DNA from: Salinispira sp.
GTDB taxonomy: Bacteria; Spirochaetota; Spirochaetia; DSM-27196; Salinispiraceae
NCBI GenBank assembly: GCA_965602015.1
Contig: OZ271918.1
Coordinates: 2,368,001-2,432,000, forward strand
Direction: 5' to 3'
DNA: 64,000 nt
A program made the position numbers and the translations under genes. Position 1 is the first letter of the stretch; each line of letters opens with the position of its first letter. Below are positions 9,204-19,140 of the stretch, in pieces. Under the pieces are notes generated by a model that worked only from the letters and a program-made list of their open reading frames with translations, had not been told where the DNA came from and searched no databases.

Positions 9204-10241
9204 ATGAACAGCATACCTGTTGCCATTCTCGGGGCTACCGGCACCGTCGGTCAAAAATTCATCAGCCTTTTGCAGGGCCATCCTCAATTTACCATCAGCG
9301 AACTGGTGGCCTCGCCCAGGTCGGCGGGCAAGCCCTACCGGGAGGCTGCTGCGTGGAAGCAGGACATCCCCATTCCCGCATATGTGGCGGACATGACGGT
9401 GAAGTCCCTGGACGAGAGTCTGGAGAGTGCAATTCTGTTTTCCGGCCTGGACAGTTCTGTTGCCGGCGAAGCGGAAACCCGCTTTGCCGAAGCGGGTCAC
9501 ATGGTTATTTCGAACTCGAAAAACCACCGCATGGATGCCGATGTCCCCCTCATCATCCCGGAAATAAATCCGGAGCATTTCGAACTGATCCGGCATCAGA
9601 GCCATAAGGGAGCCATTGTTACCAACTCGAACTGCTCCACCATGTTTCTGGCCATGACCCTCGCCCCGATTCACAAAGCCTTCGGAGTCGAAGCAGTACA
9701 GGTAAGCACCATGCAAGCCATCAGCGGCGCGGGGTATCCCGGGGTTCCCTCAATGGATATTCTCGGGAACGTGGTGCCCCACATCGGCGGGGAAGAAGAC
9801 AAACTGGAAACCGAACCGCAGAAAATCCTGGGCGCACTGTCCGGGAATCGAATCGAACACGCAAATTTCACCGTATCGGCCCAGTGCAACCGGGTACCGG
9901 TATTCGACGGTCACACCGAAAACCTGTCAATCAAGCTGGCGAAACCGGCGAGCGTCGATGAAATCAAAAAAGTTCTCCGGGAATTCCGGGGCATGCCCCA
10001 GGAGAGAGGGCTGCATTCGGCCCCCAAACAGCCTATCATTGTTACTGAGGCGGAGGACCGTCCCCAGCCGGCCAGGGATATATGGCTCGAAGGGGGAATG
10101 AGCACAGTCGTGGGCAGAATACGCCCCTGCCCGGTGATGGATATAAAAATGACCATCCTCGGGCATAACACCGTTCGGGGCGCCGCCGGCGCGGCGATAT
10201 TAAATGCCGAAGCCCTGGTGGCCCTGGGATACCTGAACTGA
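9204..10241 (+). CDS. asd: Aspartate-semialdehyde dehydrogenase
   Basis: [33 protein letters not shown]. Confidence 0.95.
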   Translation: MNSIPVAILGATGTVGQKFISLLQGHPQFTISELVASPRSAGKPYREAAAWKQDIPIPAYVADMTVKSLDESLESAILFSGLDSSVAGEAETRFAEAGHMVISNSKNHRMDADVPLIIPEINPEHFELIRHQSHKGAIVTNSNCSTMFLAMTLAPIHKAFGVEAVQVSTMQAISGAGYPGVPSMDILGNVVPHIGGEEDKLETEPQKILGALSGNRIEHANFTVSAQCNRVPVFDGHTENLSIKLAKPASVDEIKKVLREFRGMPQERGLHSAPKQPIIVTEAEDRPQPARDIWLEGGMSTVVGRIRPCPVMDIKMTILGHNTVRGAAGAAILNAEALVALGYLN

Positions 10242-10251
10242 AGGAAAGGCT

Positions 10252-11595
10252 TTGATCGTACAGAAATTCGGCGGGACAAGCGTCGGCTCTTCAAAACTCA
10301 TTGATCAGGTTTTGGACATCGCAAACTCGGAATTACACCGGGGGCTGGTTCTGGTGGCGTCCGCCATGGGCAAGACCACCGACGGCCTGGTCCGGATGGG
10401 TACCTTGGCTGCAGAAGGAAAGGCCGATCCCGCCAGGGAGGAGCTGCGGAACCTGCAAAACAGTCATTACGGAACCCTGGTCGACCTGGTGGAAGTCCCG
10501 CTATACGAGGAAGCCAAGAAGGCCGTCGACAAGCTATTCGGCGAGCTGGAAAGCCTTCTTACCGGCCTGATTCTCATACAGGAAGTCAGTCCTCGGTCTC
10601 TGGATACCCTTCTCAGCTTCGGGGAGCGGCTCAGTACCACGCTTATTTACTACCGGGCCCGTCAACGGGGCATGCGCTCGGTGCTTCTGGACAGCCGCAC
10701 CCTCATCAGGACCGACAGTAATTACAACCGGGCGGCCATCGACCTGTCCGTCACCAATGAGCAAATCAAAAAACACGTCGGGGGTGAGCCCAATACCCTC
10801 TATGTTGCCCAGGGTTTTATCGCATCCGATGCGCAAAACGTCACTACTACCCTGGGACGGGGCGGCTCGGACTACAGCGCGACCATCATCGGCGCCGCCG
10901 TTGATGCCGAAGAAGTCCAAATCTGGACCGATGTGACCGGCATCATGACCAGCGATCCGCGGCTGATAGAAAATGCCCGGACCATCTCCGAACTCAGCTA
11001 TGCCGAAGCCGCCGAGCTCAGCTACTTCGGCGCCAAAGTTATCCATCCCTCAACCATTCAGCCGGCGGTAGAAAAACACATACCCGTGTGGGTAAAAAAC
11101 ACCACTAAACCCGGGGAAGCCGGCAGCCGTATTCACGCCGACGGAAAGAGCCGGGGAATACAGGCGATCGCCGGGAAAAAAGGTGTAACCCTGGTCAACG
11201 TCCACTCCTCCCGAATGCTCAACGCCTACGGTTTTCTCAAGCGTATTTTCGAAGTGTTTGAAAAATACCGGGTTTCCGTCGATCTCATCGCCACCAGCGA
11301 AGTTTCGGTTTCCCTGACCATCGAAGATGCCCGCAACATCGCGGCGGTCACCGCCGAACTGGAGGCATTCTCTACGGTCACCGTGGAAACCGACAAAGCC
11401 ATAATCAGCCTGGTCGGCCAGGACCTGTGGAAACAAAGCCGCTTTACCGCCCGGGTATTCAGCGCAATGGCCGATATCCCCGTGCGAATGATCAGCCTGG
11501 GAAGCAGCGATATCAATCTTTCACTGGTTGTGCCGGAAGACCTGGTTGACAGCGCAATACAATCGCTTCATTCCGCACTCTTCGACGACCAATGA
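10252..11595 (+). CDS. lysC: Aspartate kinase with ACT domains
   Basis: KFGGTS, TLGRGGSDYSA, WTDVTG; TTG start. Confidence 0.93.
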   Translation: MIVQKFGGTSVGSSKLIDQVLDIANSELHRGLVLVASAMGKTTDGLVRMGTLAAEGKADPAREELRNLQNSHYGTLVDLVEVPLYEEAKKAVDKLFGELESLLTGLILIQEVSPRSLDTLLSFGERLSTTLIYYRARQRGMRSVLLDSRTLIRTDSNYNRAAIDLSVTNEQIKKHVGGEPNTLYVAQGFIASDAQNVTTTLGRGGSDYSATIIGAAVDAEEVQIWTDVTGIMTSDPRLIENARTISELSYAEAAELSYFGAKVIHPSTIQPAVEKHIPVWVKNTTKPGEAGSRIHADGKSRGIQAIAGKKGVTLVNVHSSRMLNAYGFLKRIFEVFEKYRVSVDLIATSEVSVSLTIEDARNIAAVTAELEAFSTVTVETDKAIISLVGQDLWKQSRFTARVFSAMADIPVRMISLGSSDINLSLVVPEDLVDSAIQSLHSALFDDQ

Positions 11596-11636
11596 CCCGT
11601 ATTGACCAATGAGCCGTCGGCGGAAATAATGGAAGC

Positions 11637-12032
11637 ATGAGCGACATATTCAACCGCCTGGGTCGTCTCGCCCGGTCTGTAATCAACGATTTTAATTCAG
11701 ACGTTGACGGGGATTACAAGGACGCCTGGGCTGAACTCGATGACTTTCTCGGCACCGAAGCCCACGACTTCAACGCCCAACAGAGCAATCGTCAGCACGG
11801 CAGGGCGGCCGGAAACTCCGGCAAGGCAAACCTTTCCAGGGACTACGCCAACCTGGAGCTCACACCCGCCGCCCCAACCGCCGACATAAAGCGCCAGTAC
11901 AAAAAGCTTCTGGTCAAGTACCATCCCGACAAGTTTGCCGATAACGTTGAAAAGCAAAAAATTGCCACCGAGCTGAGCACACGCCTCAATGAATCCTACG
12001 ATAGAATTATGGAAAGCCGCGGGGAGAAATAG
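11637..12032 (+). CDS. Small J-domain (DnaJ-like) protein
   Basis: C-terminal J domain with KYHPDK motif. Confidence 0.85.
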   Translation: MSDIFNRLGRLARSVINDFNSDVDGDYKDAWAELDDFLGTEAHDFNAQQSNRQHGRAAGNSGKANLSRDYANLELTPAAPTADIKRQYKKLLVKYHPDKFADNVEKQKIATELSTRLNESYDRIMESRGEK

Positions 12033-12092
12033 AGCCGCGGAGAGAAATAGAGCCGCGGAGAGAAATAAAGCCGCGGAGAGAAATTAAGCCGC
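12015..12092 (+). repeat. 18-bp tandem repeat, about 4.3 copies, overlapping the J-domain gene stop
   Basis: AGCCGCGG(G/A)GAGAAAT(AG/AA/TA) at 12015, 12033, 12051 and 12069, partial at 12087. Confidence 0.95.
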
Positions 12093-12106
12093 ATGGACGA
12101 AGTGCC

Positions 12107-13456
12107 CTAGTCCTGGAGACCGTACTCGTTTATTTTGCGGTGCAGGGTCTTTCGGCCGATGCCCAGTACTTCGGCGCTTTTGCTCTTGTTTCCCCGCTCG
12201 GACAACAGGGTTTCTTTGATAATCTGCCGCTCCGCCTCCTGAAGGGAAGCGCCGAGGCGGACCCGGATGTATTCGCCGTCGCTGGCCCCGCCGATGTGGG
12301 GAGGCAGGTCATCGGCGGTAATAAAATCGCCCCTGCTCATCACCACCGCAGACTCCATTGTGTTCCTCAGCTCCCGCACATTCCCGGGCCAGTCGTAGTT
12401 GTACAACGCGGCCTTCGCCTTGTTGTCCACCCCGAGAATCTGGCGGTTGTTTTCTTCGGCGAACTCTTTGAGGAAATGACTGATCAGCATCGGGACATCG
12501 TCCTTCCGTTCTCTCAACGGCGGAACGTGAATGTTTACCACATTCAGCCGATAATAGAGATCCTCCCGGAAATTTCCCTCCTCGATCTCCTGCTTCAGAT
12601 CCCGGTTGGTGGCGGCGATGATTCGGGCGTCCACGTCTACCGTCGATTCTCCCCCCACCCGCTCGAAACGCTTTTCCTGGAGTACCCGGAGGATTTTTAT
12701 TTGAACGGACTGGTTGATTTCCCCGATTTCATCGAGGAATATGCTGCCCAAATGAGCGAGCTCGAAACGTCCCCGTTTACGGTTCAGCGCGCCGGTAAAC
12801 GCGCCTTTTTCATGGCCGAAGAGTTCGCTTTCCAAAAGGCTTTCGGAGAGGGCGGCACAATGCACCTTGATGAAGGACTTTTCCCTCCTGGTGCTCATAT
12901 TATGAATGGCGTCGGCGACCAGTTCCTTGCCAACCCCGCTCTCGCCGGTTATGAGCACGGAGGCCTTGGTCGGGGCGACCTGGCTGATAAGCTCCATTAT
13001 TTTCCGCATTTGCGGACTTTTTCCGATGATTATATTGCTCTGACGGCGCTGCTCGAGCTCTTCCTGGAGAGCCCGATGCTGGAGGATGAGCTCCCGGCTG
13101 GCCAGGGCCCGCTTGACCAGCATGGAAAGCCGGTCGAGATTAACCGGCTTGGTGAGGAAATCAAAGGCGCCGTTTCTCATGGCCTGGACTGCTGTTTCGA
13201 TTGTTCCGTGGCCCGTCAGGATTATCACCGAAACGCTGGGCCAGTCGCTGACGATTCGGCGCAACAGATCGTCTCCGCCCATGCGGGGCATTTTGAGATC
13301 GCTGATCACCAGGTCGATTTCATCGCTTTCCATTATTTCGATAGCCGAAAGCCCGTCCTCGGCGAGCACGGTTTCATACCCGTCCAGCTCCAGACTTTTC
13401 GCCAGGCCTTCGCGGATATTTTTCTCGTCGTCCACTACGAGTATCCGAAATTTCAT
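12107..13456 (-). CDS. Sigma54-dependent response regulator (NtrC/AtoC family, Rrp2-like)
   Basis: REC domain, GESGVGKE, GAFTGA, FREDLYYRLNV, WPGNVREL, Fis-type HTH. Confidence 0.95.
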   Translation of the reverse strand: MKFRILVVDDEKNIREGLAKSLELDGYETVLAEDGLSAIEIMESDEIDLVISDLKMPRMGGDDLLRRIVSDWPSVSVIILTGHGTIETAVQAMRNGAFDFLTKPVNLDRLSMLVKRALASRELILQHRALQEELEQRRQSNIIIGKSPQMRKIMELISQVAPTKASVLITGESGVGKELVADAIHNMSTRREKSFIKVHCAALSESLLESELFGHEKGAFTGALNRKRGRFELAHLGSIFLDEIGEINQSVQIKILRVLQEKRFERVGGESTVDVDARIIAATNRDLKQEIEEGNFREDLYYRLNVVNIHVPPLRERKDDVPMLISHFLKEFAEENNRQILGVDNKAKAALYNYDWPGNVRELRNTMESAVVMSRGDFITADDLPPHIGGASDGEYIRVRLGASLQEAERQIIKETLLSERGNKSKSAEVLGIGRKTLHRKINEYGLQD

Positions 13457-14625
13457 ACGTCCTCCACTGTGACATCGCTAATGAGGTTTTGCTGACCAGG
13501 AGGAGTGGGAAAGGACAGGGTGAAGGTGGTGCCCTTGCCTTCCTGGCTGATTACCGAAATCTCGCCCCGGTGTTCCTTAACTATTTTATAGACGATGGTC
13601 AGTCCAATTCCGCTACCGAATTCCTTCGTAGTGAAATACGGTTCGAAAATCTTGTTCAGCACTTCTTCGCTCATGCCGCTGCCCGTATCGATGATCCGCA
13701 GAAGCACCTCGTCCCCCCGGTAGCGGGTAGTTACCGTCAGGGTGCCCCCGTCGGGCATGGCATTGAGGGCGTTTTTGACGATGTTGAGAATCGCCTGCTT
13801 GATGAATTTATCGTCCAACAGAATGTGGGGAATATCGACCTGATAATCCTCCACCAACTCTACCCCGCCCTCGGAGATTTCGTATTTCATAAAATCCATG
13901 ATTTCATGAAGCAGGGCGTTTAAATCGTGATTTGACAAATTGATATCCATGGGCCGAACGGCGAAGAGAAAATCCATGACGATGCGGTTGAGCCGCTCAA
14001 CCTCTTCATTGACGATATCCAGGTACCCGCTGATATCCGAGGAGGGCACGCTTTTGGCTGCGGCCAGCATCTTTTGCATGAGCTGAATATGTATGCCTAT
14101 GCTACCGAGGGGATTTTTAATTTCATGGGCCACCCCGGCGGCGAGGGTGGTGAGGCTCGCAAGGCTCTCCGCCCGGCGGAGACGGGCTTCTTTCCAGCGA
14201 CGTTCTGACACATCCTCCACATGCACAACATTTCCCCGGACCCGCCCGCGGCGCACCAACGGCATAATGCTGAACGAAAGAATCCGGGTCACCCCGGGGC
14301 TGTCGAGGGTAAACTCCCGGTCGCGGATGCTTTCTTCGTTTAATATGGTGTGGCGGATGAACTCGGCTATATCGCCGTCTCCGATAACCTGCCATATCAC
14401 CTTTTCGAAAAAATCATAGTCCCTGAAGGGGACCGTGCGCTCGGCGGCCTTGTTGCAGAGAATCAGTTTGTTGTACTGGTCGGCGACGATAACCCCGTCG
14501 GTGAGCGAGTCCAGGACCACTTCCATCTGTTCGTTTTCCCTGGCAAGGTCGTAAATAAGGGCGTGAATTTGCTGTTTGTCGAGCTTTGAAATTTTATTGA
14601 GGGCCCGCTGGATAAACTTTCGCAT
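13453..14625 (-). CDS. Cytoplasmic PAS histidine kinase (Hk2-like)
   Basis: PAS region, AHEIKNPL, N/G1/F/G2 boxes; 4-bp overlap with the regulator. Confidence 0.92.
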   Translation of the reverse strand: MRKFIQRALNKISKLDKQQIHALIYDLARENEQMEVVLDSLTDGVIVADQYNKLILCNKAAERTVPFRDYDFFEKVIWQVIGDGDIAEFIRHTILNEESIRDREFTLDSPGVTRILSFSIMPLVRRGRVRGNVVHVEDVSERRWKEARLRRAESLASLTTLAAGVAHEIKNPLGSIGIHIQLMQKMLAAAKSVPSSDISGYLDIVNEEVERLNRIVMDFLFAVRPMDINLSNHDLNALLHEIMDFMKYEISEGGVELVEDYQVDIPHILLDDKFIKQAILNIVKNALNAMPDGGTLTVTTRYRGDEVLLRIIDTGSGMSEEVLNKIFEPYFTTKEFGSGIGLTIVYKIVKEHRGEISVISQEGKGTTFTLSFPTPPGQQNLISDVTVEDV

Positions 14626-14631
14626 ACTGTG

Positions 14632-15771
14632 TCAAATATACCCAAGTTCCAGAACTGAGGCTACGGGTATATTGTAGGTTTCCATCCGGAAATGCATGGC
14701 TTCGAGTTTCTGCTGTAGCTGATACATCTCCTCGCTGTGAAGATGGGAAATCTGTATTTCTTCCAGACAGAGGGCGATGAGTTCAATGAGGACTGAACGG
14801 TCGCTGCCGATAATCGCCGCGAGCTGATCTCTTGCGTCGATGCTCTTTTCCCGAAGCAGGGTGAACATCAGTTCGATTTGCTGCCGGCGCTCTCCCAGAC
14901 CCCCGGGGCCCGCGTCGATAAAAAACGAATGCAGCGATGAGTAATCATCGGCGTGTTCCTCCCGGTAAATCCGCCGAATCACATCACGGTGGGCCCGGGG
15001 ACTTCGGGGCGCAAAGCGATAGGTCCTGAGGCGGCTTCGCAGGGTCGGTATGATGGCGGCCGGGCGCTTGGTGAGAAGCATGAAATACACCGATGCCGGG
15101 GGTTCTTCGAGGATCTTCAGAAAGGCGTTGCGGGCTGCCTCGTTCATCTCGTGGGCGTTTTCAATAATGATGGTCTTGTTGACCGCCGAATCCGCCGTAT
15201 GAGCCCAATAGGTGGCGCGCCGTATCATATTAATACTAATGCCGTCGGAGGGCAGCAGCTTTTGGATATCGGCGCACAGCTCGAGGACCTTGTTTGTATC
15301 CGGCGCCTGAGGCGAGGAGAGTTCCGGATGGGCCAATTCAATAGCTTCTTCTAGTTTGCCGATGAGGCTGGCCGCCTTCTGCAGTTTTTTTTCATCATCC
15401 TGCCACAGAACCGGATCAAAGCGGCGGATTAACTTCTTTACATTCCGATAGAAAAGATAGTACAGCGGCTTTTCGCTTTGCCTTTGGAGCATGACCGCCG
15501 ATGCGCGAATTTCCTGATAAAAATACCGGCTCCCCATCATCAGCAGGTAGGGACTGTCCAGGAGCCGGTGTTGGGCACATGATGGGCATTGGCAGGACCA
15601 GGGGGCTCCGTCATTGCGGCAGCCGAGTCCGCGGGCAAGTTCCAGGGCGGCGCTGAGCTTGGCGCTGTGTTGTTCACCGCTAAACAGCATCGAATGTGGA
15701 AGCTTGCCAGCCTGCAAATCTCCGATAATCCGGTTTTTGATCGGATCCTGATGAAGCAGATTTTCAAACAT
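14632..15771 (-). CDS. DNA polymerase III delta-prime-like subunit
   Basis: LPHSMLFSG, Cys cluster, AARNAFLKILEEPP, TLRSR. Confidence 0.8.
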   Translation of the reverse strand: MFENLLHQDPIKNRIIGDLQAGKLPHSMLFSGEQHSAKLSAALELARGLGCRNDGAPWSCQCPSCAQHRLLDSPYLLMMGSRYFYQEIRASAVMLQRQSEKPLYYLFYRNVKKLIRRFDPVLWQDDEKKLQKAASLIGKLEEAIELAHPELSSPQAPDTNKVLELCADIQKLLPSDGISINMIRRATYWAHTADSAVNKTIIIENAHEMNEAARNAFLKILEEPPASVYFMLLTKRPAAIIPTLRSRLRTYRFAPRSPRAHRDVIRRIYREEHADDYSSLHSFFIDAGPGGLGERRQQIELMFTLLREKSIDARDQLAAIIGSDRSVLIELIALCLEEIQISHLHSEEMYQLQQKLEAMHFRMETYNIPVASVLELGYI

Positions 15772-16256
15772 CAGGCCGGGCTCCGGGTAATAATTTCGGC
15801 AGCGTAGGGAAAGAGAGGCAGAAGCAGCCTGCCCGTCCAGCTTTGCCGAATGGTTTCTTCCATGCTCACGAAGGGCTGGATGTACATAATAAACATCAGA
15901 AGGAATACCACCAGGGCACCCTCAATAAGTCCGAGAAAAAACCCCAGCGCCCGGTCCAGACTCTCGAGTTCGGAGTTTTCAATGAGGTTTCTCAGTCCGG
16001 CTTCAAAAAGCTTCACGATGATATATACCAGGAGGAAGAGCCCGAGAAAGGCGATGACCTGGTTCCACATGGATTCCCCGAGATATCGGTCCAAAAGAGG
16101 CGCTACCAGCCCGCTAAAAAGCACTGCAACAAGAATACCGAGGAACACCGAGGCCACCGAACCGAACTCCTCGACGAATCCACGAAAGAGGCCGCGGATT
16201 ACCAGAATAAGCAGTACGACCAGGAAAAAAACGTCCAGGGGGTGAAGATTCGCCAT
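15771..16256 (-). CDS. cvpA: CvpA family membrane protein
   Basis: RGLFRGFVEE..LDRALGFFLGLIEG; four TM segments. Confidence 0.88.
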   Translation of the reverse strand: MANLHPLDVFFLVVLLILVIRGLFRGFVEEFGSVASVFLGILVAVLFSGLVAPLLDRYLGESMWNQVIAFLGLFLLVYIIVKLFEAGLRNLIENSELESLDRALGFFLGLIEGALVVFLLMFIMYIQPFVSMEETIRQSWTGRLLLPLFPYAAEIITRSPA

Positions 16257-16265
16257 AGTTTCTCC

Positions 16266-17390
16266 TTACGCAGGCTCGTCGGCAATAAGCAGTTCGCCCA
16301 CCAGTTCTGCAATGCGGGCTGCCCCGCGGTTGTGGATGATGCTCTTCCAGGCTCCGGCCATGGCGCTGCGTCGCAGATGGTCCGAAGCCAGATCGGTCAA
16401 CAGGACGGGCAGCTCGGCAAAATCCTCGGCGCTAATAACAACGGCCGCGGCGCTTCTGGCGGCGAACTGGGCATTGCGCAGCTGATCACCCCGGGCTCCC
16501 GCTGTAAGGGGGACAAAAATCGCCGGTTTCCCCGTAAGTCCAATCTCCCACAAGGAGCCCGCACCGGAACGGGACAGGACAATATCAGCCGCAGCCAGTA
16601 TATCCGGATATTCAGCGGCAAAAAAGCTGCGGGCACAATAGCGCGTCTTTAGCTCAGCCGGCAGACCCTCCGCCGCATTCCAGTCAGGGTCGCCGGTCTG
16701 ATGAATAATACACATTGAGTTAAGGAGCTGAGGCAAATTGCCTGCGATCAGCTCATTGATTTGCCGGGCGCCCAGGCTGCCGCCCTGCACCAGTAAAACC
16801 GGCATACCGGGTTCAGATTCAAAGCCCGCTTCCCGCCGGCCCGCTTCGGCGCTGCCCTTGAGAACATCCTGGCGTACGGGATTTCCCGTCACCTCAACCC
16901 TCAGACCGCTGCTCTGGTAAAACCGGTGGGATTCCTCGAAGGGGATGCAGAGCAGCGTGGTGAATCGCAGGTTTATGCGGGTAGCCAAACCGGGATCGTA
17001 ATCCGATTCGTGGGACACCACCGGTATGCCGAGAAATCCCGCGGCGATAACCGGGGGGACAGAAACAAAGCCCCCTTTGGAAAACAGGAGCCGGGGACGA
17101 AGGCGTATCATGAGAAAAAACGACTCGAGTATCCCCCAGCTGAAGCGAAAAACATCGATGACATTTCTCAATGAAAAATAACGGCGCAACTTGCCCGTGG
17201 AGATTCCGTGAAATTCCAGACCCCGCCCTTCGACGAGACCCTTCTCGATGCCTCCGCGGGAGCCGATCCAGTGAATGCTGTACCGTTGGAGAACAGCTGG
17301 TTCAAGGGCGTCGATAACCCCGAAGCCCGGAAAAACGTGACCGCCGCTTCCTCCGCCGGTAAATGCGATGATGTCTCTACTGTGCTTCAT
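16266..17390 (-). CDS. murG: MurG glycosyltransferase
   Basis: GGGSGGHVFP, GKLRRYFS, KGGFVSVP, GGSLGA, DQLRNA. Confidence 0.93.
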   Translation of the reverse strand: MKHSRDIIAFTGGGSGGHVFPGFGVIDALEPAVLQRYSIHWIGSRGGIEKGLVEGRGLEFHGISTGKLRRYFSLRNVIDVFRFSWGILESFFLMIRLRPRLLFSKGGFVSVPPVIAAGFLGIPVVSHESDYDPGLATRINLRFTTLLCIPFEESHRFYQSSGLRVEVTGNPVRQDVLKGSAEAGRREAGFESEPGMPVLLVQGGSLGARQINELIAGNLPQLLNSMCIIHQTGDPDWNAAEGLPAELKTRYCARSFFAAEYPDILAAADIVLSRSGAGSLWEIGLTGKPAIFVPLTAGARGDQLRNAQFAARSAAAVVISAEDFAELPVLLTDLASDHLRRSAMAGAWKSIIHNRGAARIAELVGELLIADEPA

Positions 17391-17480
17391 AATCCACCGT
17401 ATTTGCGCTATATTTCCATCGGGAAGGCCACATAATAGCATTCAGCATTGCCTTCGACAATCGCGATTCAAAGGAGCCCT

Positions 17481-18404
17481 ATGAAACCCCGCCGGTCGAA
17501 ACTCCATGCATCCCTGTTCAGGCTGCTGCCTATCATGGCTTTGGTCTTCTTTTTTGCCTCGCTCAGCCGCATAAGCGCCCAGGACGTCACCCGTATACAT
17601 CCTCAGGATATCCCGCGGGGAGATGTACGCATCCGCGCCGAGCTCCCTATGGAAGGCGATCCCGACGATTCGCTCTCAGCCCTGAAGCCCCTGGACAGGA
17701 TGGAGTTCCTGAATAACGGCGAAATAATTACCAGGCATCGAGGCGGCTTTCGGCCTTCCCTGCTACCCAAAGGTCCGCAGCAAAGCGCGGAAAACTACGA
17801 GGCAGCCAGGGAACAGATTGCCGAAGAACACCGCAGAAACCGGAACAATTTTGCCCTTGAAGTGCTTATGGCCATCGACCTGCCCCCCGACCTGGCGGCA
17901 AATATGAGTGATGATGAAATTGCATTGCATATCTACAATGTGCTACACCGCATCTCCACCCTCGAAGGCCTGGACTATTTTTCAGCAAGCCGCGGCAGGA
18001 TGAGGGAGTTTTACCTCAGTTCCTTCGTGGTGGCTGACGACGGGGAAACCGCCTTGCCCGATCCGGTGTTCCAACGCCTCGAAGAGACATTCGAATTTAC
18101 TATACGGCAGGAAGACGCCAGTTTCGGCGATAATCTCTACCAGGTCGTCAGCACCCCGCAGAGCATATCCATAACGAACGTGAGCCCCATAGTCTATAAT
18201 TTTATCAGGATTGCCGGTCCCGGAGCGCTGGAACTTCACATTAGGGTCGTCAGAAGCGGGAATAGGCTGTTTTTCTATGCCTTTTCCAGTTTGAGGGCCC
18301 CGGGGATATTCGGGATTCCCGATCGCCTCGCCAATAGTTTTTACAATCGCATACTGTCCCTGTATAATTGGTTTCATGGTCAGCTCCTTTTAACCGATTT
18401 CTAA
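17481..18404 (+). CDS. Conserved spirochete-type exported protein (possibly DUF6675-like)
   Basis: AAGGAG RBS, signal peptide, ISTLEGLDYFSASRG segment; family name from memory only. Confidence 0.55.
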   Translation: MKPRRSKLHASLFRLLPIMALVFFFASLSRISAQDVTRIHPQDIPRGDVRIRAELPMEGDPDDSLSALKPLDRMEFLNNGEIITRHRGGFRPSLLPKGPQQSAENYEAAREQIAEEHRRNRNNFALEVLMAIDLPPDLAANMSDDEIALHIYNVLHRISTLEGLDYFSASRGRMREFYLSSFVVADDGETALPDPVFQRLEETFEFTIRQEDASFGDNLYQVVSTPQSISITNVSPIVYNFIRIAGPGALELHIRVVRSGNRLFFYAFSSLRAPGIFGIPDRLANSFYNRILSLYNWFHGQLLLTDF

Positions 18405-18421
18405 CATATTCCTAACAAACA
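18389..18421 (+). promoter_or_regulatory. Pho-box-like direct repeats upstream of phoU
   Basis: TTTAACCGATT/TCTAACATATT/CCTAACAAACA: TAAC core every 11 bp, then TATGCT -10 at 18426. Confidence 0.7.
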
Positions 18422-18472
18422 CCAGTATGCTGCGAATGTGTAATAGGCGCTGCCCCATATTGAGGAGACATT

Positions 18473-19132
18473 ATGGAATTTCGATCAAAGCTGAATGACG
18501 AGTTGAACAGCGTATATCAACAGGTTCTGAAAATGGGAACCTTTGTCGAAGAGGCTTTGCAAAAAGCCATCAGCGCACTTATCAACAGGGATCGCGAGCT
18601 GGCGCAGACGGTAATCGACAATGATGTGCTGATCGATAATTACCAGAGTCAGATTGAAGACTATTGCACAAAAATTATCGCCACCGAGCAACCGGTTGCC
18701 AGCGACCTGAGAAATCTGGTAACGGTCATCAAAATCGTTTCTGATCTCGAGCGCATCGGAGACCATGCCCGCCATCTGGCCAAAAGCCTTGATAGCGTAG
18801 AACAGACCACCATGGATACCCTCCTGCCTGAAATAGAAAAAATGACCAAACTCGGCATCGAGATGGTGCACAAAAGCTTGACGGCCTTCTCCACCTTCGA
18901 CGGAGGCCTTGCCCAGACCGTGGCGGCCCTCGATGACAAACTCGATGCCCTGCATCAGGAGCTTTACGCACGGATCATCGCCATTATGAAGGCCGACCCC
19001 GAGAAGGTCGAACAGGGAAGCACCCTGCTGTTTCTCAACCGTTTTCTCGAACGCCTGGGAGACCACGTCACCAACATCTGCGAATGGATCATATATGCCG
19101 GCAGCGGCAGCCACCCTGAGCTCAACGCATAG
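18473..19132 (+). CDS. phoU: Phosphate signalling protein PhoU
   Basis: QPVASDLR, DLERIGDHA, LERLGDHVTNICE. Confidence 0.95.
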   Translation: MEFRSKLNDELNSVYQQVLKMGTFVEEALQKAISALINRDRELAQTVIDNDVLIDNYQSQIEDYCTKIIATEQPVASDLRNLVTVIKIVSDLERIGDHARHLAKSLDSVEQTTMDTLLPEIEKMTKLGIEMVHKSLTAFSTFDGGLAQTVAALDDKLDALHQELYARIIAIMKADPEKVEQGSTLLFLNRFLERLGDHVTNICEWIIYAGSGSHPELNA

Positions 19133-19140
19133 GAAGGGTC

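Noticed and set aside
12015..12092. The 18-bp array as a mini-CRISPR
   Set aside because: Units are contiguous with no spacers.
12140..13495. 451-aa plus-strand ORF
   Set aside because: Antisense shadow of the sigma54 activator; no recognisable motifs.
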